Part shown: positions 8,105-17,442 of the stretch, piece after piece
How positions within the stretch are numbered: position 1 is the stretch's first letter
How the letters are laid out: every line of letters starts with the position of its first letter
Source of the DNA: an uncultured Methanosarcinales archaeon
Lineage (GTDB): Archaea > Nanobdellota > Nanobdellia > Woesearchaeales > CAIVOO01
Direction: 5' to 3'
DNA length: 64,000 nt
Assembly: GCA_964485195.1 (NCBI GenBank)
Contig: CAZAIK010000004.1
Location: 33,673-97,672 of the forward strand
Program-made: the position numbers and the translations under genes
The notes under the pieces: model-generated
Databases searched by the model: none
What the model was told of the DNA's origin: nothing
What the model saw: the letters and a program-made list of their open reading frames with translations, nothing else

Positions 8105-9185
8105 AGTAAGGAATATGGACCTGAGCGGCGTCAGAAAAATGTTTGAGATGGCATCTAGTATTGAAAACCCTGTCAGCTTAACGATAGGCGAGCCTGATTT
8201 TGACATTCCTGAAAATGTAAAGCAAAAGGCAATAGAGGCAATTAAAAAGGGAAACACAAAATACACTCCCACAACAGGAATCGTCGAATTGAGGAGAGCT
8301 CTGCTGGAAAAACTCAAGAGCGAAAATAATATCACTGTTGGCGAGGAACAGCTCATAGTAACTTCAGCTGCTTCAGGGGCCCTGTCAATAATCCTTACAA
8401 CAATTCTGGAAGAAGGGGATGAAGTTATCATACCTGACCCTTATTTTGTGGCATACAAGCATCTTGTAATACAGAATGAGGCAACCCCCGTATTCGTGCA
8501 TTCAAAAAAGGATTTTTCGCTTAATCTTGAGAAAATAAAAGCAGCAATCAACAGTAAAACAAAGGCAATTTTGATTAATTCTCCCAATAATCCCGCAGGA
8601 AAGGTTTACTCGAAGGAGGAATTAGGAAAACTTGCTGAAATTGCGCGGGAAAACAACCTGCTTATAATCTCGGATGAGATTTATGAGAAATTTGTATTTG
8701 ACAAAAAGCATTTCAGCGTAGGCAGCATTTATGAGAACACAATAACAATAAATGGATTTTCAAAATCCCATGCAATGACAGGCTCAAGAGTTGGCTATTG
8801 TGTTGGGCCAAAGGGAATAATCCAAAACGCAATAAAGGTCCAGCAGGTCAATTTTGTGTGCGCGCCCACAGCGTTTCAGTATGCAGCAATAGAGGCATTA
8901 AAAACTCCTGTGGATAAAGAGCGGGAAGAGTACAGGAAAAGAAGGGATATGATTTATGAAGGGCTGAAAGGCAAGTACGAGATGGTGAAGCCCGAAGGAG
9001 CATTTTACGCTTTTGTAAAATACCCCTACAGGGGCGATAAATTTGTCAGGGACTGCCTTGAAAAAAATCTCCTGGTAGTTCCAGGAAAAACATTCTCAGA
9101 AAAAGATAGTCATTTCAGGATATCGTTTGCAGCAAGCCGGGAAACAATAAAGAAAGGGATAGAAATACTTAATTCCCTTATTTAA
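8076..9185 (+). CDS. Class I aminotransferase (aspartate/aromatic aminotransferase family).
   Basis: LTIGEPDFDIPENV, NSPNNPAGKVY, and SKSHAMTGSRVGY carrying the PLP-lysine. Confidence 0.85.
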   Translation: MKQRMTVSNKVRNMDLSGVRKMFEMASSIENPVSLTIGEPDFDIPENVKQKAIEAIKKGNTKYTPTTGIVELRRALLEKLKSENNITVGEEQLIVTSAASGALSIILTTILEEGDEVIIPDPYFVAYKHLVIQNEATPVFVHSKKDFSLNLEKIKAAINSKTKAILINSPNNPAGKVYSKEELGKLAEIARENNLLIISDEIYEKFVFDKKHFSVGSIYENTITINGFSKSHAMTGSRVGYCVGPKGIIQNAIKVQQVNFVCAPTAFQYAAIEALKTPVDKEREEYRKRRDMIYEGLKGKYEMVKPEGAFYAFVKYPYRGDKFVRDCLEKNLLVVPGKTFSEKDSHFRISFAASRETIKKGIEILNSLI

Positions 9186-9501
9186 CCCATCCGCACCTGT
9201 TCTCTTCCTTTACGCATCCGCATTCATAGCCCTGCGTTACTGGATGGTTTTCCACAATCTCGCAGGTTGAAAGCATATCTTCCCACTTTGCTGTGTCGTT
9301 CGTGCAGATAGTGTGGCCTCCTCCGCAGCCGTAATCAAAATTTGTGCAGTCTGAATCGCTGGTGCAGGCGCCGTCAGACCAGTTGAAAGTGAAGGACCTG
9401 TAAGTTGCCGAGTCAGTATCCATAGAGCAGGCTGTCAGAACCAAGACTGCAGCGATTAACGGAACCATTAATATTGTTGCGGTTTTACGCATAGCCCTCA
9501 T
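9178..9501 (-). CDS. Small secreted cysteine-rich protein with a lipobox-like signal peptide (LTAC).
   Basis: MRAMRKTATILMVPLIAAVLVLTAC... with 8 Cys in the mature part. Confidence 0.5.
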   Translation of the reverse strand: MRAMRKTATILMVPLIAAVLVLTACSMDTDSATYRSFTFNWSDGACTSDSDCTNFDYGCGGGHTICTNDTAKWEDMLSTCEIVENHPVTQGYECGCVKEENRCGWVK

Positions 9502-9532
9502 ACACCTCACATTCTTTATAAATTTTTTTGTT

Positions 9533-10291
9533 TTAACCAAGCAAAGCGCCAGCAGGCATCGCCCCGGACAGGTATAAAACAATCACGATTGCCGGTTCGT
9601 GAAGCAGATAAATCAGCAATGAGCGCCTGCCCAGGAAAGCCAGGGATTTCACTGCCGGAAATCCTGACAAATCCGGAATCCGAAACCCTCTTCTGGAATT
9701 CATGTAGAGTGCATTGCCTATAAAGATTCCAACCAATACCAGGCCGAACCAGGGCAGGACGGGGAAATAGTCAAAAGAATAAAGCTCCCTGGGCGTGAAA
9801 CCAAGCCACAGGAGCCATTTGAAATCAAACGTGAAATTCCTCAGGAACAGCCCCGCAGTTATGAACACTGCCCCGAGCAGGAGATTAAGATATTTGTGCT
9901 TCAGCAAGGGGTAGGCGAGAATTATTGAAATTCCGATAAGGTGCAAGATACCGAATATCACAAAACCTTCCCGCAAAAAAATAAATGTGATTAATGTTAT
10001 CAGCAGCCCCCACGAGAATATCTTAACCCCTCTTTTTAGATATCTCCCCAATAACTGCTTTTTTGTTTTGTTCTCCTTAGCCCGCGAAAAACTGAGAGTC
10101 AATGAAATTCCCACGAGAAGAAGGAAAATGCTTGCCGTGATTCTCGCGAAAACAAGCCAGAACCCGGAAGTCAGGACAAAACTTTTGCCGGCGAAATAGT
10201 TAAGGTCGTAAAGGAAATGGAAGACTATCATCATAACTATTGCTGTTCCTCTCAGAGAGTCCATTTCCCAGAAACGAAAATTGGCAGCCAC
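9533..10291 (-). CDS. DUF1624-family membrane protein (HGSNAT-like acyltransferase fold).
   Basis: EMDSLRGTAIVMMIVFHF signature and multiple TM helices. Confidence 0.6.
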   Translation of the reverse strand: MAANFRFWEMDSLRGTAIVMMIVFHFLYDLNYFAGKSFVLTSGFWLVFARITASIFLLLVGISLTLSFSRAKENKTKKQLLGRYLKRGVKIFSWGLLITLITFIFLREGFVIFGILHLIGISIILAYPLLKHKYLNLLLGAVFITAGLFLRNFTFDFKWLLWLGFTPRELYSFDYFPVLPWFGLVLVGIFIGNALYMNSRRGFRIPDLSGFPAVKSLAFLGRRSLLIYLLHEPAIVIVLYLSGAMPAGALLG

Positions 10292-10327
10292 AATACCATA
10301 ATGGGAAGGGATTATATAAATAAGTTA

Positions 10328-10894
10328 TCAAAGCACCCTTCTCGGGAGGAGGTATATGTAAGCCGAGCTTATGAAGCACAAAGCTGCCATTATCATAAAA
10401 ATTGCGCTGAACCCCGCCAGCGTTACAATAACTCCCCCGGCAATTGCGCCGAATGCCACTGAAAAGTAATCCATTGCCTCCCAGGTTCCCCATTCAATAC
10501 CTATTCTCTTCTTTGTGGTGTGCCCAGAAAAAAGCGCGTCAAATGCCGGGGAATAAAATGCCTCGGCAAAGCCTATTATGACCTGGACTATGAAAAGAAA
10601 GATTATTGAGTTGACGAAAGTGTAAAGGACAAAGCCTATGCCCATAACAAGATAGCCCAACACCACTATCAGGTCCTTTCTTTTTACATTGTCCGCGTAT
10701 TTTCCTGCGATGAGGGTGGTTACTCCTGCAGCCAAAGCGAATATTCCCGCTGTCAGGCTTGCATCAAGCAGGCTGCCCCCTATCCTTTCAACAAAAAGCG
10801 CGTAAATAGGGCCGAGCATTGCCCCTGCAATAAGAACCAGTCCGTTTGTAATCAGCAAGACCCTTAACGCCCGGTTGAACAAAAAGTGTTTCAT
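10328..10894 (-). CDS. MFS-like 6-TM membrane protein (half transporter, or truncated).
   Basis: Six hydrophobic helices with MFS-like loop motifs. Only 188 aa and no second 6-TM half nearby. Confidence 0.45.
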   Translation of the reverse strand: MKHFLFNRALRVLLITNGLVLIAGAMLGPIYALFVERIGGSLLDASLTAGIFALAAGVTTLIAGKYADNVKRKDLIVVLGYLVMGIGFVLYTFVNSIIFLFIVQVIIGFAEAFYSPAFDALFSGHTTKKRIGIEWGTWEAMDYFSVAFGAIAGGVIVTLAGFSAIFMIMAALCFISSAYIYLLPRRVL

Positions 10895-10933
10895 CAGCCT
10901 GAAAAAGATTAAAGAGGTATTTAAATATTTGTT

Positions 10934-11593
10934 TCAAAGGTTCTCTTTTATCGCGTTGCTAAGAACATTGAAGGCCTTTGCTGTATCTTTCTCGTCAACA
11001 GTGACTGTCCATTCGGTGAATGTTGAAACCACGTCCACTATGCTTATGTTCTCCCAGGCAAGAGCCCTGGTTATGAGGTAAAAGAGCCCCACAATCCTGT
11101 ACGACTCTTCTGACAGGTTTATGGTAATGCTTGATATGTTCCTTATGAGCTTTTTTATCATGCTCTTTGGAAAGATTTCAGTTATCCTTTTTTCATATTT
11201 TGAATTTGTGATTATCATAACCTCGTGCAGTCCGTGGGTCATTGTCAGGAAATCACCTTTCCTCAAGTTTATCAAATTGTAAATCTTTTTCAGGTATTCC
11301 TGCACATTCTCCATCTTGAACACTGTTATCTCAACAAGGTTCGACCTCACCACTATGTCCGTGCTCTCGTCAAATTTTGCCTTGGGGGAAAATGATTTTT
11401 CCAGCTGTTCCTTAACCCTTCTTATGGCCATGTTCACTGCAGAGAATTTCACCTCTTTTCCAAGCTCTTCCTGTACCTTGGGGATGAGCTCTTCTGCAAG
11501 GGCGGCGTTGTTTATGACGCCTCTTGAGAGGGCTTCCTGGACAAAAGGGTGGTCTTTCACGTATTTCCTCACTACCTGAGCGACATTTACCAT
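10934..11593 (-). CDS. Hypothetical protein.
   Basis: 219-aa ORF with a coding-like composition. No motif recognised. Confidence 0.4.
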   Translation of the reverse strand: MVNVAQVVRKYVKDHPFVQEALSRGVINNAALAEELIPKVQEELGKEVKFSAVNMAIRRVKEQLEKSFSPKAKFDESTDIVVRSNLVEITVFKMENVQEYLKKIYNLINLRKGDFLTMTHGLHEVMIITNSKYEKRITEIFPKSMIKKLIRNISSITINLSEESYRIVGLFYLITRALAWENISIVDVVSTFTEWTVTVDEKDTAKAFNVLSNAIKENL

Positions 11594-11681
11594 TCCAAAT
11601 CTCCTTTATTTGTGAATTATTTTACATTACGTTATTATACTATTTAAGCTTTACCCTGCTCAAGAAAGTTCAGGAGGTAAA

Positions 11682-12659
11682 ATGAGCATACCAATACAAG
11701 CGCGCCAGTTAAGAGGGGGGTTTGCAGCAATGATAACCCCCAAATTTCATAATGGAGACATAGACTATGAAAAGACAGACACGCTGATTGAGGATTTTGT
11801 CAGATGCGGGACAGGCATTGTTGCAGCAGGAACCACAGGAGAGTCAGACACTCTGGACAGGACAGAACACGAACACGAAGACTTTGTTGAATATGTCCAC
11901 AGCAAGGTAGCAGGCAGAGTCCCCTTTATGGCGGGGGCTGGGTCAAACTCAACTGAAAAGGCAGTCAGGATGGTAAGAGAGCTTGAAAAGAGGATAGGGC
12001 CTGCCACATTCCTGTCAAAAAGCCCCTATGGCAACAAGCCCACGCAAAACGGAATAATTCTGCACTATGCTGCAATAGCAGATGCCCTCAACGAGCCGGA
12101 AAGCAACATAGTCCTTTACAATGTCCCTTCAAGGACAGCAAGGAATGTTGAGGCTGCCACAGCATTAAGACTGGCAGAAAACCCAAGGATAATAGGGGTA
12201 AAGGAATGCCCTCCTTCCCTTCCAGACGGCAGTCCCGATATGGGCCAGCCAAGGCAGATAGCTGAAGGTGCTGAAGAAAGAGGTCTGGATTTTGTCCTGG
12301 GATGCGGAGAAGATGGAATCCTTGCAGAAATGCTTTCCATTGGAGGAAGGTTCGGGGTTTCAGCCACAGCAAACATCTGTCCCAGGATTTACAGCAGCAT
12401 CTTTGACGCCTGTGAAGAAGGAAAATATGACAGAATGCAGGAGATACAGCAAAGGCTAAACCCTCTTGTCAGTGCCACATTTTTCGTGACAAGCCCCATC
12501 CCCCTGGCAACTGCATTCAACAGCGGGTTAAGGCTTCCTTTATGCAGGGAGAATGGTGTTGAGGAAAATATGCTCAAAACTTTAAGTGATTACAGCGCAG
12601 CTGAATTGGGGATTGACTTAACCAAGTATAATGAAAAAATCCAGCTAAGGGAGGATTAA
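11682..12659 (+). CDS. dapA: DapA-family aldolase (4-hydroxy-tetrahydrodipicolinate synthase family).
   Basis: GTTGES, YNVPSRT, IIGVKEC (Schiff-base lysine). Carries an insertion PPSLPDGSPDMGQ... Confidence 0.7.
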   Translation: MSIPIQARQLRGGFAAMITPKFHNGDIDYEKTDTLIEDFVRCGTGIVAAGTTGESDTLDRTEHEHEDFVEYVHSKVAGRVPFMAGAGSNSTEKAVRMVRELEKRIGPATFLSKSPYGNKPTQNGIILHYAAIADALNEPESNIVLYNVPSRTARNVEAATALRLAENPRIIGVKECPPSLPDGSPDMGQPRQIAEGAEERGLDFVLGCGEDGILAEMLSIGGRFGVSATANICPRIYSSIFDACEEGKYDRMQEIQQRLNPLVSATFFVTSPIPLATAFNSGLRLPLCRENGVEENMLKTLSDYSAAELGIDLTKYNEKIQLRED

Positions 12660-12660
12660 G

Positions 12661-13248
12661 ATGAAGGAAGGAAGATACGCAATCATGGTGAACGGCCTGC
12701 CGGGGGAAATGGCAACCCTTGTTGCAAATGAGATGCTGAGAGCCCCTATAAATGGCAGAGGTTATGTCCTGTGCAGCTACGCAATTACCGGCGATAAAGT
12801 GAATGAAGACATTGAAAAGCTAAGGAGAATTTCCCTTGACGGAATGAGTTTGTGCCAGAGAAATCATCCAAGAATGAACAAATTCATAAGGCACGCAAGG
12901 GAATCTGCCGGCGACAACCTCATAGCAGTTGACTTTGCGCGGGTAGGGCAGGGAGATTTAAATGCCGAGCTTTATTTTGACAGGAGAATACCTTTTGTTA
13001 TGGGAACTCGCAGCGTTGATTACACCCAAATGGACAGGGAAGCAAGAGCTTCAGGCATTCCGTGCGTGGCAACACACTTTTTGCGTTCAGCTGACCTTTC
13101 CAGGGAGCAGGAAGATTATCCCGACCACGGCATTATCAGGGGCACGCTGGCTTCCATAGATTTTCTCATAGGGGTGTTGAACAATGGAGGGGAGGCAAGA
13201 AGATACGGAGTCAGCGACGTCCTGAACGCCCGAAGAAATTTCGCTTAA
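12661..13248 (+). CDS. Truncated DapB (dihydrodipicolinate reductase) paralog lacking the central catalytic region.
   Basis: Aligns with the 43033 protein at the N-terminus (YAIMVNGLPGEMA vs YAIIVNGQPGKMA) and C-terminus (GTLASIDFLIGVL vs GTLKALDFLIDVI). Lacks the E-HH-K-DxSGTA motif. Confidence 0.55.
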   Translation: MKEGRYAIMVNGLPGEMATLVANEMLRAPINGRGYVLCSYAITGDKVNEDIEKLRRISLDGMSLCQRNHPRMNKFIRHARESAGDNLIAVDFARVGQGDLNAELYFDRRIPFVMGTRSVDYTQMDREARASGIPCVATHFLRSADLSREQEDYPDHGIIRGTLASIDFLIGVLNNGGEARRYGVSDVLNARRNFA

Positions 13249-13355
13249 CGATATTATATCCGAAGCCGACTTTATATCAAAGATAATAGAGGAGGATGAG
13301 GCAAGATAACTAAATGTTTTTGCAGAGTTTGCCCCCCCGAGCGAAAAAAGAGGAA

Positions 13356-13853
13356 TTACTTTTTAGAAAATTTTGCGAAAAAACCTTTCTTCTTTTCTGT
13401 TTCTTGTCTCTTTTTTCCACCATATACTTTTAGAACATCCATAAATTTTTTTAAATCTAAACGAACACCACTTAAACCCTCATTTTTATATTCTTCTTCA
13501 GGGGACCCCAGACCAAATGAGTAAGGTACAAAATTCGACCATAGTGTGTCGCTGTTTACCTCTCTTCCGTTAATTACAACTTTTTTGGGAAGTTTTCCTT
13601 TCAAATTCCTTCCCTCTAGAAGTTTATTAAGTTCATTTGCTCCGCCCACATACGGATAAAAACCAGTTTTTTTGGGATTTATTTGCCTTTTTGGAGGTTT
13701 GTTTAAATTAAAAACAAAAGCTTTCCCCCTTTGTGCTGGATCGTCTAGCTCTAAAATCTCAGGATTAATGACATAAACTGCCACTACATTATTATTCTCA
13801 AAATATGCAAAGTCAGGAATAGGTTCCTCTTCAAGATTCTTCTTTTTTCTCAT
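13356..13853 (-). CDS. Hypothetical lysine-rich protein in an AT-rich segment.
   Basis: 165-aa ORF. The locus is visibly more AT-rich than its flanks. Confidence 0.4.
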   Translation of the reverse strand: MRKKKNLEEEPIPDFAYFENNNVVAVYVINPEILELDDPAQRGKAFVFNLNKPPKRQINPKKTGFYPYVGGANELNKLLEGRNLKGKLPKKVVINGREVNSDTLWSNFVPYSFGLGSPEEEYKNEGLSGVRLDLKKFMDVLKVYGGKKRQETEKKKGFFAKFSKK

Positions 13854-14057
13854 AAATTAAAATAGATATATTTCATTTATATAAATTTCGTTTTTTAATG
13901 ATGGTAAGTAGGAATAGACATCAAGCGAGGGGGCAAATTGCATATAACCTATAGCTTTAACAGAAGTTTTCCGTCGCAGAGCGATTTGGGAAAATCTGAG
14001 CCAAGGTGTTTTCCATTTTTAATTAATTTTATAAAGGGTGAATCACAAACCTGCATT

Positions 14058-14396
14058 ATGAAACAGGTAATACTTGTAAGGCAGGACCTGCAGCTGCCAA
14101 AGGGAAAATTGGCTGCGCAGGTGGCCCACGCTTCTGTTGAGTGCGTGCTGAAGTCTGACCAGAAAAAGATGGGCAAATGGCGCCTTTTCGGAATGAAAAA
14201 ATCCGTGCTAAAGGTTAAGAATCTCAGGGAGCTGAAGAAGTATGCTGCAAAGGCGAAAAAGGCAGGGCTTATCCACGCTTTAATCAAGGATTCCGGCAGG
14301 ACATTTTTCAAGAGATCCACCATAACCTGCCTGGGCATAGGGCCTGATGATGAGGAGAAGATTGATGAGCTGACAGGAGAACTGAAGCTCGTTTAA
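14058..14396 (+). CDS. pth2: Peptidyl-tRNA hydrolase, archaeal PTH2 type.
   Basis: MKQVILVRQDLQLPKGKLAAQVAHAS matches the Pth2 signature. Confidence 0.8.
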   Translation: MKQVILVRQDLQLPKGKLAAQVAHASVECVLKSDQKKMGKWRLFGMKKSVLKVKNLRELKKYAAKAKKAGLIHALIKDSGRTFFKRSTITCLGIGPDDEEKIDELTGELKLV

Positions 14397-14447
14397 TATC
14401 CATTCTTTAATAGTAAATTTTATATATCTGGTGGTGCTTCCGATTAT

Positions 14448-15152
14448 ATGATAGAAAGAGGAAAAATCCTGAGTTGCTATCCTTCAGGTTCGTATGAATT
14501 CAGGAAGGTAAGCGAGGAAATCAGCAGGATAGGCAAAAAGCTGGACAGGGAGCTGAAAGAAGGGCTTGTCCTGGCAGAACCAAACCCCCGGCTAAAAGGG
14601 TGGCTGAAAAGAACCAGGGAGCTTGAAAATAAAACCCTTGAAGAAAGCGCCAGTATTCTCACAACGCTTTCAGAAAGTATAGACCAGTTTGACGAGCAGA
14701 TGATTGCCAGGTTCAGGAAACAACCCGCAACATTCAGCTGCAGCCAAAGCAGAAGAACTGGCCCAGATTATTTCCCCAATCACAACCTTACCGAGATCAT
14801 AATGGCTGTGAACGAATCCACAAGCCTTATCAAGAAGCCCAGTGAGAATTTTGTTGTGAAACACACAGGGACAGGAGCAGCCTTCCTGGGAAAAGGGAAG
14901 CATTCACAAATAAGCGAAGGATATGTTTACACCGGAGAATTCGGAAGGGATTTCTTCACCGCGCTTGACAACCCTGCAAGTTTTGTTGGAGGAAAAAAAC
15001 AGGTAAGCAGAGCAGGAGACATAATAATGCTTGAGGAAAAGAATCCCCGCCTCGCATCAGAGCACAGCGAAATTTTCTTTCTCGGCAACGAGATAGTTTC
15101 AAAATACCTGGGCACGCTTTATGATTTGTACGCTTCCGGGCCTTCTGTTTAA
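14448..15152 (+). CDS. Hypothetical protein.
   Basis: 234-aa ORF. No recognised motif. Confidence 0.4.
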   Translation: MIERGKILSCYPSGSYEFRKVSEEISRIGKKLDRELKEGLVLAEPNPRLKGWLKRTRELENKTLEESASILTTLSESIDQFDEQMIARFRKQPATFSCSQSRRTGPDYFPNHNLTEIIMAVNESTSLIKKPSENFVVKHTGTGAAFLGKGKHSQISEGYVYTGEFGRDFFTALDNPASFVGGKKQVSRAGDIIMLEEKNPRLASEHSEIFFLGNEIVSKYLGTLYDLYASGPSV

Positions 15153-15199
15153 TTTCCCCATCAAAAACTATATAAACCCTTTTTCTACCACAAACTAGA

Positions 15200-16687
15200 A
15201 TGGCAGAGGGAAAGGAATCAGAGGCTTCTGTGATCAGGGACAGGTACAGGAAGCTGGAAGAATTGAAAAAAAAGGGGATAAATCCTTATCCTTACAGTTT
15301 CAACAGGAAAGACACTGCATCAGAACTTCTTGCAAAATTTGACAAAAAGCTGAAGGCAGGAGACCATACCAACAGCAGGGCGGTTGTTGCAGGGAGGGTT
15401 ATGGCAAAGCGGGAAATGGGCAAGCTGACTTTCTCGCACTTGCAGGATTCCACAGGAAGAATCCAGATCCTGCTGAAAAGGGACAATGACAAGGATATGC
15501 ATGAACTTTTCAGGCTCTTTGACATAGGCGACATAATAGGTGTCAAGGGAAAGGTTTTCAAGACAAAAACAGGGGAGCTCACAGTAGAGGCTGAAAGCGT
15601 ATCCCTGCTTTCCAAATCACTATACCCCCTGCCGGAAAAGTATCACGGCATTCACGACACGGAGTTAAAATACAGGAGGAGAAGCCTGGACCTGATAATG
15701 GACCCACAGGCGAAGGAGGTTTTCAGGAAGAGGGCAGAGATATACAAGGCAATAAGGGAATTCCTTGAAAAGAATGGTTTTATGGAAGTGCACATACCTA
15801 TTCTGCAGCCGCAGTACGGGGGGGCAAATGCAAGGCCTTTCATGACAAAGATTAATGCCTGGGACATGAATGTTTATCTCAGGATAGCCTATGAAATCCA
15901 CCTGAAAAGGCTTCTGGTCGGGGGCTTTGAGAAAATATATGCCCTGGGCTCCTGCTTCAGGAATGAGGGTGTTGACAAGACGCACAACCCGGAGTTTTCA
16001 ATGATGGAAATACAGTGGGCGTACAGGGACTACAAAGACGCGATGAAACTGACAGAGGAGTTGTGGAATTATGTTGCCAAGAAAGTGCTGGGCAAGACGA
16101 CAATAGAGTATCAGGGAAAAAAGATTGACTTGAAGCCGCCCTGGGAGAGAATAACAGTGAAGGATGCAATCAAGAAGTATGCTGACATTGATGTTGACAA
16201 ACTGACTGATGAGGAACTGAAGGAATTGTTCATAACATACAACCTGAGCATAGAGGGAGACCTCACAAGAGGGGAAATAATAACAGCTCTGTTTGAGGAA
16301 CTGGTTGAGGACAAATTAACAAAACCAACACAGGTCATAGACCATCCCAGGGAGTCAAGCCCGCTTGCAAAGCCCCACAGGGAAAACCCCGAGCTTGTGG
16401 AAAGGGTGGAGCCGTTCATCAACGGCTGGGAAGTGGGCAACTGCTATTCTGAATTGACAGACCCTGTCCTGCAAAGGAAACTGCTGGAAGAGCAGGTTGA
16501 GAAAGGAAGGGGCGGTGATGAAGAGGCCCACCCGATGGATGAGGATTTCATAAGGTCCCTGGAATACGGGCTCCCTCCAAATGTGGGGATAGGAATAGGT
16601 ATTGACAGGATGGTAATGCTCCTGACAAATGCCAAAAGCATAAGGGATGTCATACTGTTTCCGATGATGAAGCCAGAGGGAGATTAA
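15200..16687 (+). CDS. lysS: Lysyl-tRNA synthetase, class II.
   Basis: N-terminal OB fold followed by the class II core (CFRNEGVDKTHNPEFSMMEIQWAY) and motif 3 (GIGIGIDR). Confidence 0.9.
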   Translation: MAEGKESEASVIRDRYRKLEELKKKGINPYPYSFNRKDTASELLAKFDKKLKAGDHTNSRAVVAGRVMAKREMGKLTFSHLQDSTGRIQILLKRDNDKDMHELFRLFDIGDIIGVKGKVFKTKTGELTVEAESVSLLSKSLYPLPEKYHGIHDTELKYRRRSLDLIMDPQAKEVFRKRAEIYKAIREFLEKNGFMEVHIPILQPQYGGANARPFMTKINAWDMNVYLRIAYEIHLKRLLVGGFEKIYALGSCFRNEGVDKTHNPEFSMMEIQWAYRDYKDAMKLTEELWNYVAKKVLGKTTIEYQGKKIDLKPPWERITVKDAIKKYADIDVDKLTDEELKELFITYNLSIEGDLTRGEIITALFEELVEDKLTKPTQVIDHPRESSPLAKPHRENPELVERVEPFINGWEVGNCYSELTDPVLQRKLLEEQVEKGRGGDEEAHPMDEDFIRSLEYGLPPNVGIGIGIDRMVMLLTNAKSIRDVILFPMMKPEGD

Positions 16688-16947
16688 TGCTTGGACAATT
16701 AATAAATGACCTGGAAAAGGGAGTGCAGTATGGGGTTTCCAGGGGATTGGAATTCGCAATGCAGGATCCGGAAATCCGCGAGGAAAAACCCGATGATGTT
16801 TATTATATGAAAAGTTTCTGCATAGCGGCAAGTTTTGGAAGGATAATGGGAGGAAGCATAGCACTGTTATTCATTGATGTGCCAACTTTGGGGCTTCTCC
16901 CACTGTACAACTATTATAAACACAGGAAGAATTATCAGCAAACCTAA
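16687..16947 (+). CDS. Small hypothetical protein.
   Basis: 86-aa ORF. Weak support. Confidence 0.25.
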   Translation: MLGQLINDLEKGVQYGVSRGLEFAMQDPEIREEKPDDVYYMKSFCIAASFGRIMGGSIALLFIDVPTLGLLPLYNYYKHRKNYQQT

Positions 16948-17405
16948 AACTTTCTGACAATCTTGTCCTTGTTTGCGCGGGCGTAAATCCATACCTCTTT
17001 CTTCGAGGGCATGACAACAATGTCAGCCATTTTGTCTTTTTTTGTAATAAGGTAATGGCCGGAGATATCAACTCTTGATTCATCACAGCATCTTTCCAGC
17101 ATTTCAAGGCGGGGCTTGGTCGCTGCAATCAAGACTGCCTTAAGCGATTCAGAATCATACATTTGCCTTGTCATTGCAGCAAGGTTCTCCTTCATCTCCC
17201 TGAATGTCACTCCTTCAGTTTCGCCGCCGACGATTTCGCAAAGCCCTGCTGTCCTGTCACAGCCGGCCAGGGCGATGGCAGTGGGGTTTATGTTTTCAAT
17301 GACAATAGGCAAGTCACTAACTTCATAGTTTATCCAGGGAGGCCATCCTGCCAGGTTAAGAACTGTATGTTTCCCTATACGCCCTCCGGATCCTGACAGT
17401 CTCAT
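16944..17405 (-). CDS. Hypothetical protein.
   Basis: ORF with MRLSGSGGRIGKHTVLNLAGW. No confident family assignment. Confidence 0.4.
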   Translation of the reverse strand: MRLSGSGGRIGKHTVLNLAGWPPWINYEVSDLPIVIENINPTAIALAGCDRTAGLCEIVGGETEGVTFREMKENLAAMTRQMYDSESLKAVLIAATKPRLEMLERCCDESRVDISGHYLITKKDKMADIVVMPSKKEVWIYARANKDKIVRKF

Positions 17406-17442
17406 AAACAATTCTTAATGTGAGAAAAATATTTAAGCTTTA

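Noticed and set aside
16944-17405. Possible AcnX-type (DUF126) or other small-enzyme assignment for the 153-aa protein
   Set aside because: The pattern memory was too weak to support a named family, so it is left as hypothetical.
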